From positions 6,131-70,130 of the forward strand of contig JANPCU010000176.1 in assembly GCA_031431195.1 (NCBI GenBank): a DNA stretch of 64,000 nucleotides, read 5' to 3'. Below the pieces are notes generated by a model. The model searched no databases. It was given only the letters and a program-made list of their open reading frames with translations, and was not told the origin of the DNA. Of this stretch, positions 17,625 through 27,900 are shown piece after piece. Positions within the stretch are counted from its first letter, which is position 1. Each line of letters starts with the position of its first letter. A program made the position numbers and the translations under genes. Source of the stretch: Planctomycetota bacterium. GTDB taxonomy: Bacteria > Planctomycetota > Planctomycetia > Planctomycetales > Planctomycetaceae.

Positions 17625-18365
17625 CTACGCTTTCTCGAACAGCATGCACACATCGTGCAGGCCGGGGATGAATGTCGAGCGATAGACCTTCTTCGAACTG
17701 CTGGCTCCGTGACTGAAGCGGATGATGTCGGTGCCGTGTTGCTTGAGTCCCGCAGCGAATGCTAATCGCTTCGTGTGGAAGGTGAGGGGGACGAACCCGG
17801 CCTGGCGGTCGGAGTAGTCGCCCATCAGGACGGCGAACTTGCCGCCGGGCTTGAGGGCTTTGGCGGCGTTGCGGATGAACTGGCCGTAACGCTGGAGGAA
17901 CTGGTCGAGCGTTGGTGACCGGCTCAAGTCACGGCTGTCGGTCGCATAGAGCTTCTGTCTCCAGTAGGGCGGATGGCTCCAGATGAAGTCGAACGTCTCG
18001 CCGTCGCCGAACCCTTGTGAGTCGCATGCGTCAATGCCCTGGTGGATGTCCCATGCGACGCAGGGGATGCTCAGATGGTCGCACACATCGCGGCAGGTTC
18101 CACTCCCCGACATGGGGTCGAGAACTAACCCCGGTTTGAAGTACAGCAGCAGATCACGAATCAAATTGCCTCCGCAGTTGCCGGGATAGCCACGGTCTCC
18201 GTAGTCACCGGCCTGATCGTCGTGATACAGGCTCGTGAGGTGCGGGACTGGGCTGCCGTTGATGGGAGCCAAGGGCAGCTTGGCCATCACGGGTTGCCGC
18301 TCGCGAGTCATGCGAGAGGCAAACGCGGGGTTGATGAGAGAGTTGAGAGTGAGTGTCTGGTACAT
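17625..18365 (-). CDS. Orphan DNA methyltransferase (amino-MTase, motif I before motif IV)
   Basis: Motif I VLDPMSGSGT and motif IV-like FIWSHPPY (xPPY). No adjacent endonuclease candidate. Confidence 0.8.
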   Translation of the reverse strand: MYQTLTLNSLINPAFASRMTRERQPVMAKLPLAPINGSPVPHLTSLYHDDQAGDYGDRGYPGNCGGNLIRDLLLYFKPGLVLDPMSGSGTCRDVCDHLSIPCVAWDIHQGIDACDSQGFGDGETFDFIWSHPPYWRQKLYATDSRDLSRSPTLDQFLQRYGQFIRNAAKALKPGGKFAVLMGDYSDRQAGFVPLTFHTKRLAFAAGLKQHGTDIIRFSHGASSSKKVYRSTFIPGLHDVCMLFEKA

Positions 18366-18367
18366 AG

Positions 18368-18994
18368 TCAGTTTCCTTTCGGGTAAGTAGATGGAGATTG
18401 TGGGTAGAGATCATGGGCGACCTGATCAAGCACGTCCCAGTTAATGCCGACGCAGGCGTCGCTGTGGCGTTTCACGGATTGCAAGACTTCCCAGGCTTGC
18501 TCGTCCGTCAGCCAATCGCATTGGGACTGCACGTCATCGATCGACCAGATGAGAGCGATCTGTCGTCGTGTGGCCAGAAGCCTATGGATGTCACTCGCCA
18601 GAGACTGAGGCACATCACGGACGACTGGTTGTTCGCCCAGTTCTTCGATGTAGTACCGGTACGCTTGGTCACAGATCGACGGGAAGTCGAAGCCAGTTGA
18701 GTCGCACCAGTGCAACGCATCGGTCAGTACGTCGGCGAGACTGGTTTGCAGATCGTCGTTGCCCGTTTGGTAACGCTTGAGGATGCGTTCGGCACGGGCA
18801 GCACGTTGGAGGTTGGTCATCTCCGAGAGGTCTGAGACATCATCGGTGTCGGCTTCGTGGAATAACTCCTGGATCTCGAAGAGCCGCTTCTCCAACAGGT
18901 CGATCTGCGGTGTGGTGAATGAGGGATCATCGCTCGATTGCAGTTCGTCCAAGAGGTTGTCGAGCAGTCGTGTGATCGTGGGGATAGTGGTCAT
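18368..18994 (-). CDS. Hypothetical acidic protein (208 aa)
   Basis: ATG 18994 is preceded by GGAGGA (complement of 19001-19006). The track ORF extends to 19153 through a non-protein-like extension. Confidence 0.65.
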   Translation of the reverse strand: MTTIPTITRLLDNLLDELQSSDDPSFTTPQIDLLEKRLFEIQELFHEADTDDVSDLSEMTNLQRAARAERILKRYQTGNDDLQTSLADVLTDALHWCDSTGFDFPSICDQAYRYYIEELGEQPVVRDVPQSLASDIHRLLATRRQIALIWSIDDVQSQCDWLTDEQAWEVLQSVKRHSDACVGINWDVLDQVAHDLYPQSPSTYPKGN

Positions 18995-19007
18995 GGTGAT
19001 TCCTCCT

Positions 19008-19637
19008 TCAAACGTGAGCATCAACGAGAACCAACGAGTGGTCCGCGTAGCTGCTAAGAATTGCTTCGGCCTCGGTGTGCCAGTCGGCGGTCTCCTTGCC
19101 GTCGATGACAGCTCCCCACCAGCCCATGCGGCCTTGCTCGTGCCACACGCCATCGGGCGTGATGATGGCGAACGGGATTTTCTGACGAGTGATTACTTGC
19201 TCAACAGTGGCGAAATTGTCAGTGACTGAAGAGTGCTTGGGGTCGCGATCATGCAGCCAGCCATTCCAGCGTCCGCCGATTTGGAACCAGTCCCACTTGC
19301 CAGCGGGGTTGTACGTCGACAACGGTTCTTGTCGACTATTGAAGTGTTCGTGGCACCTCACGTAGTCCCGGTACTTCTGCTCGGGTGTCGATTGCCGCAG
19401 TTCATCAAGTGCCTCTTGGCAGCGGGCTAAGTTGTAGGCCGGATGCTGCTTCTCGATGATCTGGGTGAAGTGCCGAATCTCGCGTTTTAGGTCCAGCTGG
19501 GCCTGCTCCAGCGAGTAGCAGACATACGGTGCGACTTTGATGCTCTCGTCGTAGGGAGCCATTTGAGCTTCGACGAAGCTGTTGATGTCGTCGAGTTGAT
19601 CGGACGGGATGATGATCCCCACGGTGTAATGTGACAT
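19008..19637 (-). CDS. Hypothetical protein (209 aa)
   Basis: MSHYTVGIIIPSD... start at 19637 with AAGGAA upstream. The track ORF is longer (to 19796). Confidence 0.65.
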   Translation of the reverse strand: MSHYTVGIIIPSDQLDDINSFVEAQMAPYDESIKVAPYVCYSLEQAQLDLKREIRHFTQIIEKQHPAYNLARCQEALDELRQSTPEQKYRDYVRCHEHFNSRQEPLSTYNPAGKWDWFQIGGRWNGWLHDRDPKHSSVTDNFATVEQVITRQKIPFAIITPDGVWHEQGRMGWWGAVIDGKETADWHTEAEAILSSYADHSLVLVDAHV

Positions 19638-19696
19638 AAGATTCCTTTCTGAAGTGAAGGGGCGAGCCGTGATGACCCGCCCGATTGATTTGAGTG

Positions 19697-19912
19697 CTAT
19701 TCCTGCTTGTCGCCGATGACGCGGAGAGTGATGCGGCCATCGAGCGGCACGCAGTCGAGCTGGATGTTGAACCCCTGGCTGTCGGCGTGTGCCCAAGCAG
19801 AACCGATGCGGGTCCAGAACGATTTCTGGCCTTGGCGGTCGCGAACTTGATAGGCCGTGTGGGTGGGAAGTTTGCTCGGGCTGGGGGCGGTGGAACTGGC
19901 GGTGTTAGTCAT
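19697..19912 (-). CDS. Small conserved-looking plasmid/ICE protein (71 aa; loosely DUF736-like)
   Basis: YQVRDRQGQKSFWTRIGSAWAHADSQGFNIQLDCVPLDGRITL. The DUF736 resemblance is from memory only. Confidence 0.45.
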   Translation of the reverse strand: MTNTASSTAPSPSKLPTHTAYQVRDRQGQKSFWTRIGSAWAHADSQGFNIQLDCVPLDGRITLRVIGDKQE

Positions 19913-20012
19913 AATGTGTCTCCTTGTGTTGTTTGCAGGCCGCGATCATCGCGACCTGATGGCACGTGATTCAAAAGCCGCTTGAGCGGGGGCGAGCCTG
20001 CGAGCGCACTGC

Positions 20013-20063
20013 TCCAGCGGAAAATTGGGGGCGACCTTCAGGGGGAACCGATTTTCCGCTGGA
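20013..20063. promoter_or_regulatory. 13-bp perfect inverted repeat (candidate oriT or operator hairpin)
   Basis: TCCAGCGGAAAAT (20013-20025) and ATTTTCCGCTGGA (20051-20063), with a 25-nt loop. It lies in a ~500-bp divergent intergenic region. Confidence 0.3.
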
Positions 20064-20432
20064 ACAGCCCGGCGGCGGCTTTAACGTGACCAATCAGGAC
20101 GTGTGGTTCGTGGCTGCATCCCGACAGACGGAAGGGGACCGAGTGACCGACCTCCCAGTGATGACCCTAGTCTGGCGGACCTGACCTGACTCACTGCCCT
20201 GGGACGCATTGACCTCAAAAAGAAGAGGGGGGCGAACCTCAGCGAGGGTTCAGGGTCCAATCGCAGCGGGGAGGGGGCCAGCTCGGGAGTGTTCCGCAGG
20301 CTCATCACCGCGTCGGAGCCGATGAGAGAGGAGTACGGCCAATCGGGCGGGCCACGGCTGATTGAACAGAAAGAGGCTGACTGCGATCACAATCCGTGGT
20401 AGGAAATCGTTTCGAAACGAGTGGAGGTGAAC

Positions 20433-20843
20433 ATGACAGACAAAGAGACAGGCTCGCCTGATCACCAGACGATCAGTGCCGAAGCATTAGAGGAGAGGAC
20501 CAAGCGGGCACGGGCCTTGTTGGAGAAATATGCCAGTGAGCAGAAGATCAAGCCGCTCCCGCTCGACCACGTTGACCCGTGGCCCGAAGAAGAATCTGCC
20601 GAAGACATGGTGTTCGACATCTATGCTCGGCGCAAGGGGCGTGAACCTCTTCGCATCACGATCTCGAATGCCTCGTGGGAAATCCTCTTCAAGGTCGCTG
20701 ACGGTGAAGACCTCGCGACCTTTGTCGGACACCTGGTCGACTACATCGTCCTTGATGCGAGAACCCTTCTGGGCAGGGAAAGAATCGAGAGTGCCCGAAC
20801 TCAACGTCCAGCCGGTCCAGCCACTCCGACTCAAGAAACCTGA
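20433..20843 (+). CDS. Hypothetical protein (136 aa)
   Basis: ATG 20433 is 4 nt after GGAGG (20424-20428). The track uses GTG 20421. Confidence 0.55.
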   Translation: MTDKETGSPDHQTISAEALEERTKRARALLEKYASEQKIKPLPLDHVDPWPEEESAEDMVFDIYARRKGREPLRITISNASWEILFKVADGEDLATFVGHLVDYIVLDARTLLGRERIESARTQRPAGPATPTQET

Positions 20844-20894
20844 TGACTCCGGCTCGAAGCTGTGGTAGAATCAAGCAGAAGTGAGGAACCACAC

Positions 20895-21200
20895 ATGACT
20901 CTGAATGCTGAAGTTGCCGACAAAACTGAGCAGAAGTTTCGCCAACGTGCGGCGTCGTCCGGGCAGGACGTAGCGGCGTTCGTTGGAAAGATCCTCGACC
21001 GCATTGCGGACAGCGATGACCTGACGATCTGGGAAGCTGCGAACGACAGCCATCCGGTGACCGATTCTCTGGAAGCTCGTCGCGCTCGAATTGGTCGCAC
21101 GTTTGCAGAACGGCTCGATGCCTGGATCGCCCGTCACCCGGTTTTGGATCATGAAATCGACATCAGTACGGAATCGATCTACAAAGGCTGCGGTGAATGA
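20895..21200 (+). CDS. Putative antitoxin partner of the PIN toxin
   Basis: Small acidic ORF whose stop overlaps the vapC ATG (ATGA at 21197-21200). Confidence 0.55.
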   Translation: MTLNAEVADKTEQKFRQRAASSGQDVAAFVGKILDRIADSDDLTIWEAANDSHPVTDSLEARRARIGRTFAERLDAWIARHPVLDHEIDISTESIYKGCGE

Positions 21201-21655
21201 GAATCGGCGTCGACGCAAATTTATTGTTACGGGTTGCTCAAGTCGTCAGTCCACAACACAAGACTGCCCGTGCCGCGATCATTCGGCTCAAAGACGAGAA
21301 TCACGAGCTATGTGCCGTTCCCCAAGTGTTCTACGAGTATTGGGCGGTTGCCACGCGGCCCGTGGGCGAGAACGGTTTGATTCTACCGATTGAGGTTGTT
21401 GCGGAACTGATCGATAACTTGCTGCTGGATTTCACGCTGCTTGAAGATCAACCGCAGGTATTTCCTCGCTGGCTTGATATGGTCAAGAACCATGCCGCTC
21501 GCGGCAAGCCCTCGCACGATGCCCGGATCGCAGCAGCAATGCTTTGTCACGGAGTCACGCATTTGCTGACCTTCAATGGAAGTGACTTCGCAAGGTTTCA
21601 GGAGATCGCGTTGATCTCTCCCGAAGACGTTGTGGCAGGCAAGTGGTCTCAATAG
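21197..21655 (+). CDS. vapC: PIN-domain toxin (VapC-like)
   Basis: MRIGVDANLLLR (first acidic motif), SHDARIAAAMLCHGVTHLLTFNGSDF (C-terminal PIN motifs). Confidence 0.85.
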   Translation: MRIGVDANLLLRVAQVVSPQHKTARAAIIRLKDENHELCAVPQVFYEYWAVATRPVGENGLILPIEVVAELIDNLLLDFTLLEDQPQVFPRWLDMVKNHAARGKPSHDARIAAAMLCHGVTHLLTFNGSDFARFQEIALISPEDVVAGKWSQ

Positions 21656-21732
21656 GTCAGTCTCTCGATCTGACACACAATTCTTGAACGCTCATTAACC
21701 CTTCGGCAACCAGTGCGGGGGTATAATGGGGC

Positions 21733-24414
21733 ATGCTACGGATCAATCAGAACAGTTCGGCGGGTGGGGCGAAGACGTACTACACGCAGGCGGATTATTA
21801 CACCGAGGGACAGGAACTCGCCGGATATTGGCGGGGCATGGGGGCTGAGAAGCTGGGCCTCTCGGGGACGGTCGACAAGGCCGATTGGGAATCGCTGTGC
21901 GACAACCGTTATCCCGGCACGAACCTGCCACTGACGCTGCGGCGGAAGCAAGAACGGCGGGTCGGGTATGACTTCAACTTCCATGTGCCGAAAAGTGTTT
22001 CACTGCTGTACAGCTTGACGCGCGATGAACGGTTGCTGGAAGCATTCCGCGAATCGGTCCGTGACACGATGACCGAGATGGAAGCGGAGATGCAGACTCG
22101 CGTCCGCAAATCGGGCTGCAATGAGGACCGCACGACGGGCAACATGGTGTGGGGCGAGTTCGTGCATTTCACTTCGCGGCCGATCGACGGGGTGCCTGAT
22201 CCGCATCTGCACGCTCACTGCTTCGTGTTCAATACGACGTATGACCAAAAGGAAGTGGCGTGGAAGGCGGGGCAGTTCAGCTCGCTGAAGCGGGATGCTC
22301 CATACTTCGAAGCTCGGTTCCATGTGCGTCTCGCTCGAAGGCTGGGAGAACTCGGACTCGATGTCACACGTCATAAGATGGGCTGGGAGTTGTCGGGACT
22401 CGACAAGAAGACGCTCGACAAGTTTTCTCGCCGCACTGCTCTCATCGAGGAAGAAGCCCGTCGCAAGGGGATACTTGATCCCGTCGAAAAATCGGAACTC
22501 GGGGCGAAGACTCGTGAGAAGAAGCAGAAGGATCTGACGCTCGATCAGCTGCGGGTCGAGTGGCGATCCCGATTGACCGATGACGAGCGGGACCAGTTGG
22601 GCGGCGTGCAGAGCCTCGTCGGGGCCACGCCGATTCCTGAGCAATCGGAACAAGCCCCAACTGTCATGCAGCAATCAATCAGCCATTGCTTCGAACGGAA
22701 ATCGGTCCTGCCTGAGCGAACGCTGTTCGCTGATGCTCTGAAGCGCGGCGTCGGTCGTCTCTCGATCGCGACAGCTGAGAGAGCGTTTCAGGAACAGAAT
22801 CTCATCAACGCCGACCGCGACGGGCGACGTTGGGTCACGACCCGTGAGGTGTTGGCCGAAGAGCGGAAGATGATCGTCTTCGCTCGCCACGGTCGCGGGA
22901 CGCAGTTGCGACTCGGCACGGGGAACCATGTGTTGAAGCGGACTTGGCTCAACCGCGACCAGCAGCGGGCCGTCGAGCATATCCTCGGCTCACGCGACCG
23001 TGTGATCCTGATTCGCGGGGCTGCCGGTGTTGGCAAGACCGCGATGATGCAGGAAGCGGTCGAGGGTGTCACTGCCAACGGTGGTCAAGTCTTCGCATTC
23101 GCTCCGTCCGCTGATGCCAGCCGGGGCACGCTCCGTGAAGTCGGGTTCGAGCGGGCCGATACGGTCGCTCGCCTGCTCCTCGACGAGAATCTGCAACGTG
23201 AAGTTCACGGCCACGTCATCTGGATCGACGAGGCCGGACTCCTCGGCACCCGCACGATGGGCCAGCTGTTCGACCTGGCGGAAAAACTCGAAGCCCGCGT
23301 GGTTCTGTCGGGCGACCGGCGGCAGCACGGGTCCGTCGAACGCGGGGCGGCGTTGCGACTGCTCGAAGAAGAAGCGGGGCTCGTCCCTGCCGAGATCCGC
23401 GAAATCCAGCGGCAGAAAGGCGACTACAAGCAAGCCATCCACGCCCTTTCGGAAGGCCGCATCGACGACGGGTTCCGCCTACTCGACAAGCTTGGATGGG
23501 TGAAAGAAGTCTCTACCGAAGATCGCTATCAAGCCCTCGCGTTCGATTATGTCTCCACCATCGAGGCCCACAAAACCGCTCTCGTTGTTTCTCCGACTCA
23601 CAAGGAAGGCGAAAAGATCACTGCCGAAATCCGCGACCGACTCAAACAATCCGGCCAGCTGCGAGGAGACGAGCATCTGCTGTTGCGGCTGGAGAGTCTG
23701 AACATGACCGAGGTCGAGCGCGGTGAGGCTGAGCAGTACCTCCCTGATGATGTGATCGAGTTCCACCAAAACGCCAAGGGGTTCATAAAGGGAAACCGCG
23801 TCACCGTCGGCGACTCTCCGCTCCCGCTCGAACACGCGAAGCGTTTCCAATCCTATCGCCCCACCGAAATCTCCCTCGCAGCGGGCGACCTGATCCGCGT
23901 CACCAAAAACGGCCAAACGCTCGACGAGCAGCACCGCCTCAACAACGGGTCGATCTATCGCGTTCGCGACTTCGACGCACGCGGGAACATCGTCCTCGAC
24001 AACGGCTGGACCGTCTCGAAAGAGTTCGGCCACCTGTCGCACGGCTACGTCGTCACCTCACACGCCAGCCAAGGCAAAACCGTCGACCGCGTCTTCATCG
24101 GCGAATCCGCCGAATCCCTCGGAGCAGCTTCCCGCGAACAGTTCTATGTCTCCGCATCCAGAGGCCGCGAACAAGTCACCGTCTATACCGATGACAAATC
24201 CCGCCTCCTCGAAGCCATCAGCAGAAGCGACGACCGTCTCACTGCGACCGAACTGGTCCAAACCTCGCGACCCCCGAAAGACAGACCGGGAGCCCAGATT
24301 TCATTCCAACAACACCGTGCCCGGATGCGAAGACAACTCCTTCTCCACAGCGTCTCTCTCCCGGTGAACCCAGCCACGGAACACCAACGATCGGAGCGTG
24401 ATCATGACCGATAG
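21733..24414 (+). CDS. Conjugative relaxase, TrwC/TraI (MOBF) type, with C-terminal RecD-like helicase
   Basis: MLRINQNSSAGGAKTYYTQADYYTEGQELAGYWRGMGAEKLGL, FHVPKSVS, HFTSRPIDGVPDPHLHAHCFVFNTT (His triad). Helicase Walker A ILIRGAAGVGKT and Walker B-like VIWIDEAG. Confidence 0.9.
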   Translation: MLRINQNSSAGGAKTYYTQADYYTEGQELAGYWRGMGAEKLGLSGTVDKADWESLCDNRYPGTNLPLTLRRKQERRVGYDFNFHVPKSVSLLYSLTRDERLLEAFRESVRDTMTEMEAEMQTRVRKSGCNEDRTTGNMVWGEFVHFTSRPIDGVPDPHLHAHCFVFNTTYDQKEVAWKAGQFSSLKRDAPYFEARFHVRLARRLGELGLDVTRHKMGWELSGLDKKTLDKFSRRTALIEEEARRKGILDPVEKSELGAKTREKKQKDLTLDQLRVEWRSRLTDDERDQLGGVQSLVGATPIPEQSEQAPTVMQQSISHCFERKSVLPERTLFADALKRGVGRLSIATAERAFQEQNLINADRDGRRWVTTREVLAEERKMIVFARHGRGTQLRLGTGNHVLKRTWLNRDQQRAVEHILGSRDRVILIRGAAGVGKTAMMQEAVEGVTANGGQVFAFAPSADASRGTLREVGFERADTVARLLLDENLQREVHGHVIWIDEAGLLGTRTMGQLFDLAEKLEARVVLSGDRRQHGSVERGAALRLLEEEAGLVPAEIREIQRQKGDYKQAIHALSEGRIDDGFRLLDKLGWVKEVSTEDRYQALAFDYVSTIEAHKTALVVSPTHKEGEKITAEIRDRLKQSGQLRGDEHLLLRLESLNMTEVERGEAEQYLPDDVIEFHQNAKGFIKGNRVTVGDSPLPLEHAKRFQSYRPTEISLAAGDLIRVTKNGQTLDEQHRLNNGSIYRVRDFDARGNIVLDNGWTVSKEFGHLSHGYVVTSHASQGKTVDRVFIGESAESLGAASREQFYVSASRGREQVTVYTDDKSRLLEAISRSDDRLTATELVQTSRPPKDRPGAQISFQQHRARMRRQLLLHSVSLPVNPATEHQRSERDHDR

Positions 24415-24799
24415 CATTCTCTCCAAATACACCACCCGCTCCACCACCGAGCCGGATGACCCACTGCTCGAAACTGAAGACCTTGGAGCTTTTGGCTGGC
24501 TGCGTGGCCTGCGCGAGCGGGCCGTGATGCTCGAACTCCGCCACAAGAGCGGCAACGTGACCGCCATCGCCTACGCCATGATCGAGAAGCTGGAGTTCAA
24601 CCCCAGCGACGGCATCACAATCCATGCCCTGGGCCAACGGTTCCGCCTCCAGGGCCGCAACCTCAATACCGAAGCACGTCCACAAGTCCGCCTGTTCCAG
24701 GGGCTTACCCGGCACCGTGTTCCTTGGATTCAAGAGGCCGACGAACCCGCCAGAATTGAATCAACCAGCGGAACGGTGATCGAAAGGATTGAGGTGTAG
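24398..24799 (+). CDS. Hypothetical protein downstream of the relaxase (133 aa)
   Basis: Overlaps the relaxase stop by 17 nt. Coherent composition. Confidence 0.5.
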   Translation: MIMTDSILSKYTTRSTTEPDDPLLETEDLGAFGWLRGLRERAVMLELRHKSGNVTAIAYAMIEKLEFNPSDGITIHALGQRFRLQGRNLNTEARPQVRLFQGLTRHRVPWIQEADEPARIESTSGTVIERIEV

Positions 24800-24964
24800 A
24801 CTCGGTCTTGATGCAGATTTTGATTGCGCAAGTATTTCCGATGTGATATTCTATAAGATGTATTAACCATCATCGTTAATCTGATTTATGAACGGTCACG
24901 AAGCCCAAATATCAAGAGTCAGATACGGCTATCCCGTCAGCGGGGCTGGGGAAGCGAGCGGTTC

Positions 24965-27900
24965 TTGAGCATGCGTCGCAAGCCTCCGCATAAGGATCAG
25001 AAGTCGCTGTTCTCGCTGGACAATGACTCACGGGCCGTGAATCATCCGGCTGCACCACAATCAACAGAAGACACCCCTCATGCAGTACAAAACGATCATT
25101 CTCGAACTCCTGCGGCAACAGCGGTCGCTGCACGAACGGTTACGGAAGAGCGACACGCTGTTGGAGACACTGAACGAACAAGCGTTACGACTGCGGGAGC
25201 GGCATCTGGAGTGGTTGGCGGTGTTGCTGGAAGCGACACCGGGGAGCGAACCGAGCCAGCTCACTGCAATGGCGTTCGAACTGGCCCGAGCGGAGTGGGA
25301 GACGAGTCTGGCGACCGACTCGCTGCCAGCGGATCTCGAACCGCTCTGCCTCGACGACGCGATGAAGTTCCTCCATCGTCATTCGTCGCCCGAGTAGCCC
25401 CGCAGCGATATTCACGTTCGCTGTTTGATCCACCTTCAAATCAGATCGCGAAGCCAGCACCCGCTGCGGTTACGCAGAACCGCCCAACGATAGCGACGAC
25501 GACTGGTTCTGCGAGAACGCTCGAACCTTTGGCCTCGGACTCGCCACCGGCGATCCCCCTTATCGCGAGTGGTGAGAAGTCGAAGGCTCGTGATCTCATT
25601 GCGGCGATTCGCACGCTGCAATTCATAGAGCAGGAACACCGCCCCGCGACCGCCGACGAGCGAAACACGCTCGCTCGCTTCGCAGGCTTTGGACCAGTCG
25701 CTCTCTCGCTCTTTCCCGATCCGGTCACGGGGCGATTCAAGGATGAGGGCTGGCGGTCGCTTGGGGAAGAGCTGCAAGGGCTGCTCACTTCGGAAGAATA
25801 TGACAGTGCGAAACGAACGACGTTCAATGCGTTCTACACCTCGCCCACGGTCATCACGGCGATTCATGAAGCGATTGGCCGACTGGGGATTCCGGACGGG
25901 GCCACGATCCTGGAGCCGGGCTGCGGGATTGGCAATTTCATGAGCTACGGCCAGCCTGGGCAGCGGTTTATCGGCATCGAGATGGATGCGATTTCGGGCC
26001 GCATCGCCAAGGCCTGTCATCCCCAGCACGACATTCGCATCGAGAACTTTCGGGATACGAATCTGCCGACCAACCGCATTGATGCGGTGGTGGGGAACGT
26101 CCCGTTTGCCGACCTGAAGCTCGACCATCGCGGGCAGAAGCTGGCACTGCATGACTACTTCTTCGCGAAGTCGATGGACGCTCTCAGGCCGGGCGGCGTG
26201 ATCGGTTTAGTCACGAGCCGCTTCACGCTCGATAAACAGAATGCAGCTGTGCGAGATCTGCTCGCGGAGCAAGCGGATTTCGTGGGAGCGATCCGGCTCC
26301 CCTCCGACGCCTTCAAACGGGAAGGGACAGCTGTCGTCACCGACATCGTGTTCTTGCGGAAGCGAGTGCCGGGCGAACCCGCCCGCCCTGTCGATCCCGA
26401 CTGGCTACAGACGGCACCGCTCCGCATTGAAGGCCATGACTTCCCGATCAACCGCTACTTTATCAATCACCCCGAGATGGTGCTGGGCACACTGTCGCGC
26501 CAAGACACGCTCTATGGCAGCGAAGGCTTTTCGGTCGTTGGGTCTGGGAATTTACAGAGCGACCTTCAGCGGGCGATTCAGCAGCTGCCGAAGTTCGAGC
26601 CAATCAAGGTCACGGCGGAGTCTCACACAGCAGCACCCGCCTTCGTCCCCCCACCTGCCGAGCGGCATGTCAGCGAAGGGAGTTTCTTCGTCAACCAGCA
26701 ACGAGTGGTGCATCAGGTCACAGAAGGACAGGGAGTGCCCGTCGTCTATGGCGGCACGACCCTGCGGGCTGATGGCACGATGACGGGCCAGCGGATATCC
26801 GCACTCATCGAGCTGCGTGACCAAGCCCGACGGGTCTTGCAGTCGCAGAACGAAGGGTGGCCGGTCGAGCCTCGCGATCAAGCCCGTACCGACCTCAATC
26901 GTACCTATGACCGCTTCGTCCGGGCCTATGGTCCCATCAATCACACAACTTTCGGCCACACGAAAGACGGCACTGTCATTCGCCGGATGCCGAATCTCGT
27001 CAAGTTCCGTGAAGACCCTGATGCGATGCTCGTCATGTCTCTGGAAGACTACGACGATGCCACAGGCCGAGCCACCAAAGCGGCGATCCTGCTGCGCGAT
27101 GTGGTGGGGAAGATCCCACCGGTGACGCACGTCCCCACCGCCGAGGCGGGGCTGTTGGTGTCGCTTAACCAGCGGGGACGGGTTGAATTGGAATTCATCA
27201 GACAACTCTACGGCAAATCCGAACCGGAGATCATCGAGGAGCTGGGCGACCTGATTTATTGTGACCCCGTCTCCAAAGCGTGGGAGACCGCCGATGTGTA
27301 TCTGTCCGGCAATGTGCGAGCCAAGCTCGCCACTGCCGCGATCGCCGTTCCCGAGTATGCCCGCAACGCAGCTGCCCTGCGAGCGGTGCAACCCGACGAT
27401 GTGTTGCCCGGCGAGATCGACGCGAACCTCGGTGCCCCGTGGATTCCCGCCACCGATGTTCAAGCCTTTGCCGCTGATCTGTTTCATGTCGATCCGTCAT
27501 CGGTCCCCGTCGGCCACTTGATGCAGGATGCGGTGTGGAACGTGGAACCTGACTACCGGGCGGAACGTTCGGTGGCTGCGACCTCGGATTATGGAACCGC
27601 TCGCGCCAACGGCACATGGCTGCTGGGACTGGCCCTCAACATGAAATCTCCAACGATCTACGACACGCTCCATGACGGCACGCGAGAAGTCAAAACCGTG
27701 AATCAGACGGAAACGCTGGCGGCTCGCGAAAAACAAAAATTGATCAAGGAGAAGTTCCGGGCGTGGGTCTTCACCGATTCGGATCGGACAGAGCGTCTCG
27801 TGCGGCTGTATAACGACACGTACAACAATCTGAGGCCGCGTCAGTTCGATGGCTCGCATCTCGACTTCCCTGGCCTCAACCAGACGCTCTCGCTCCGACC

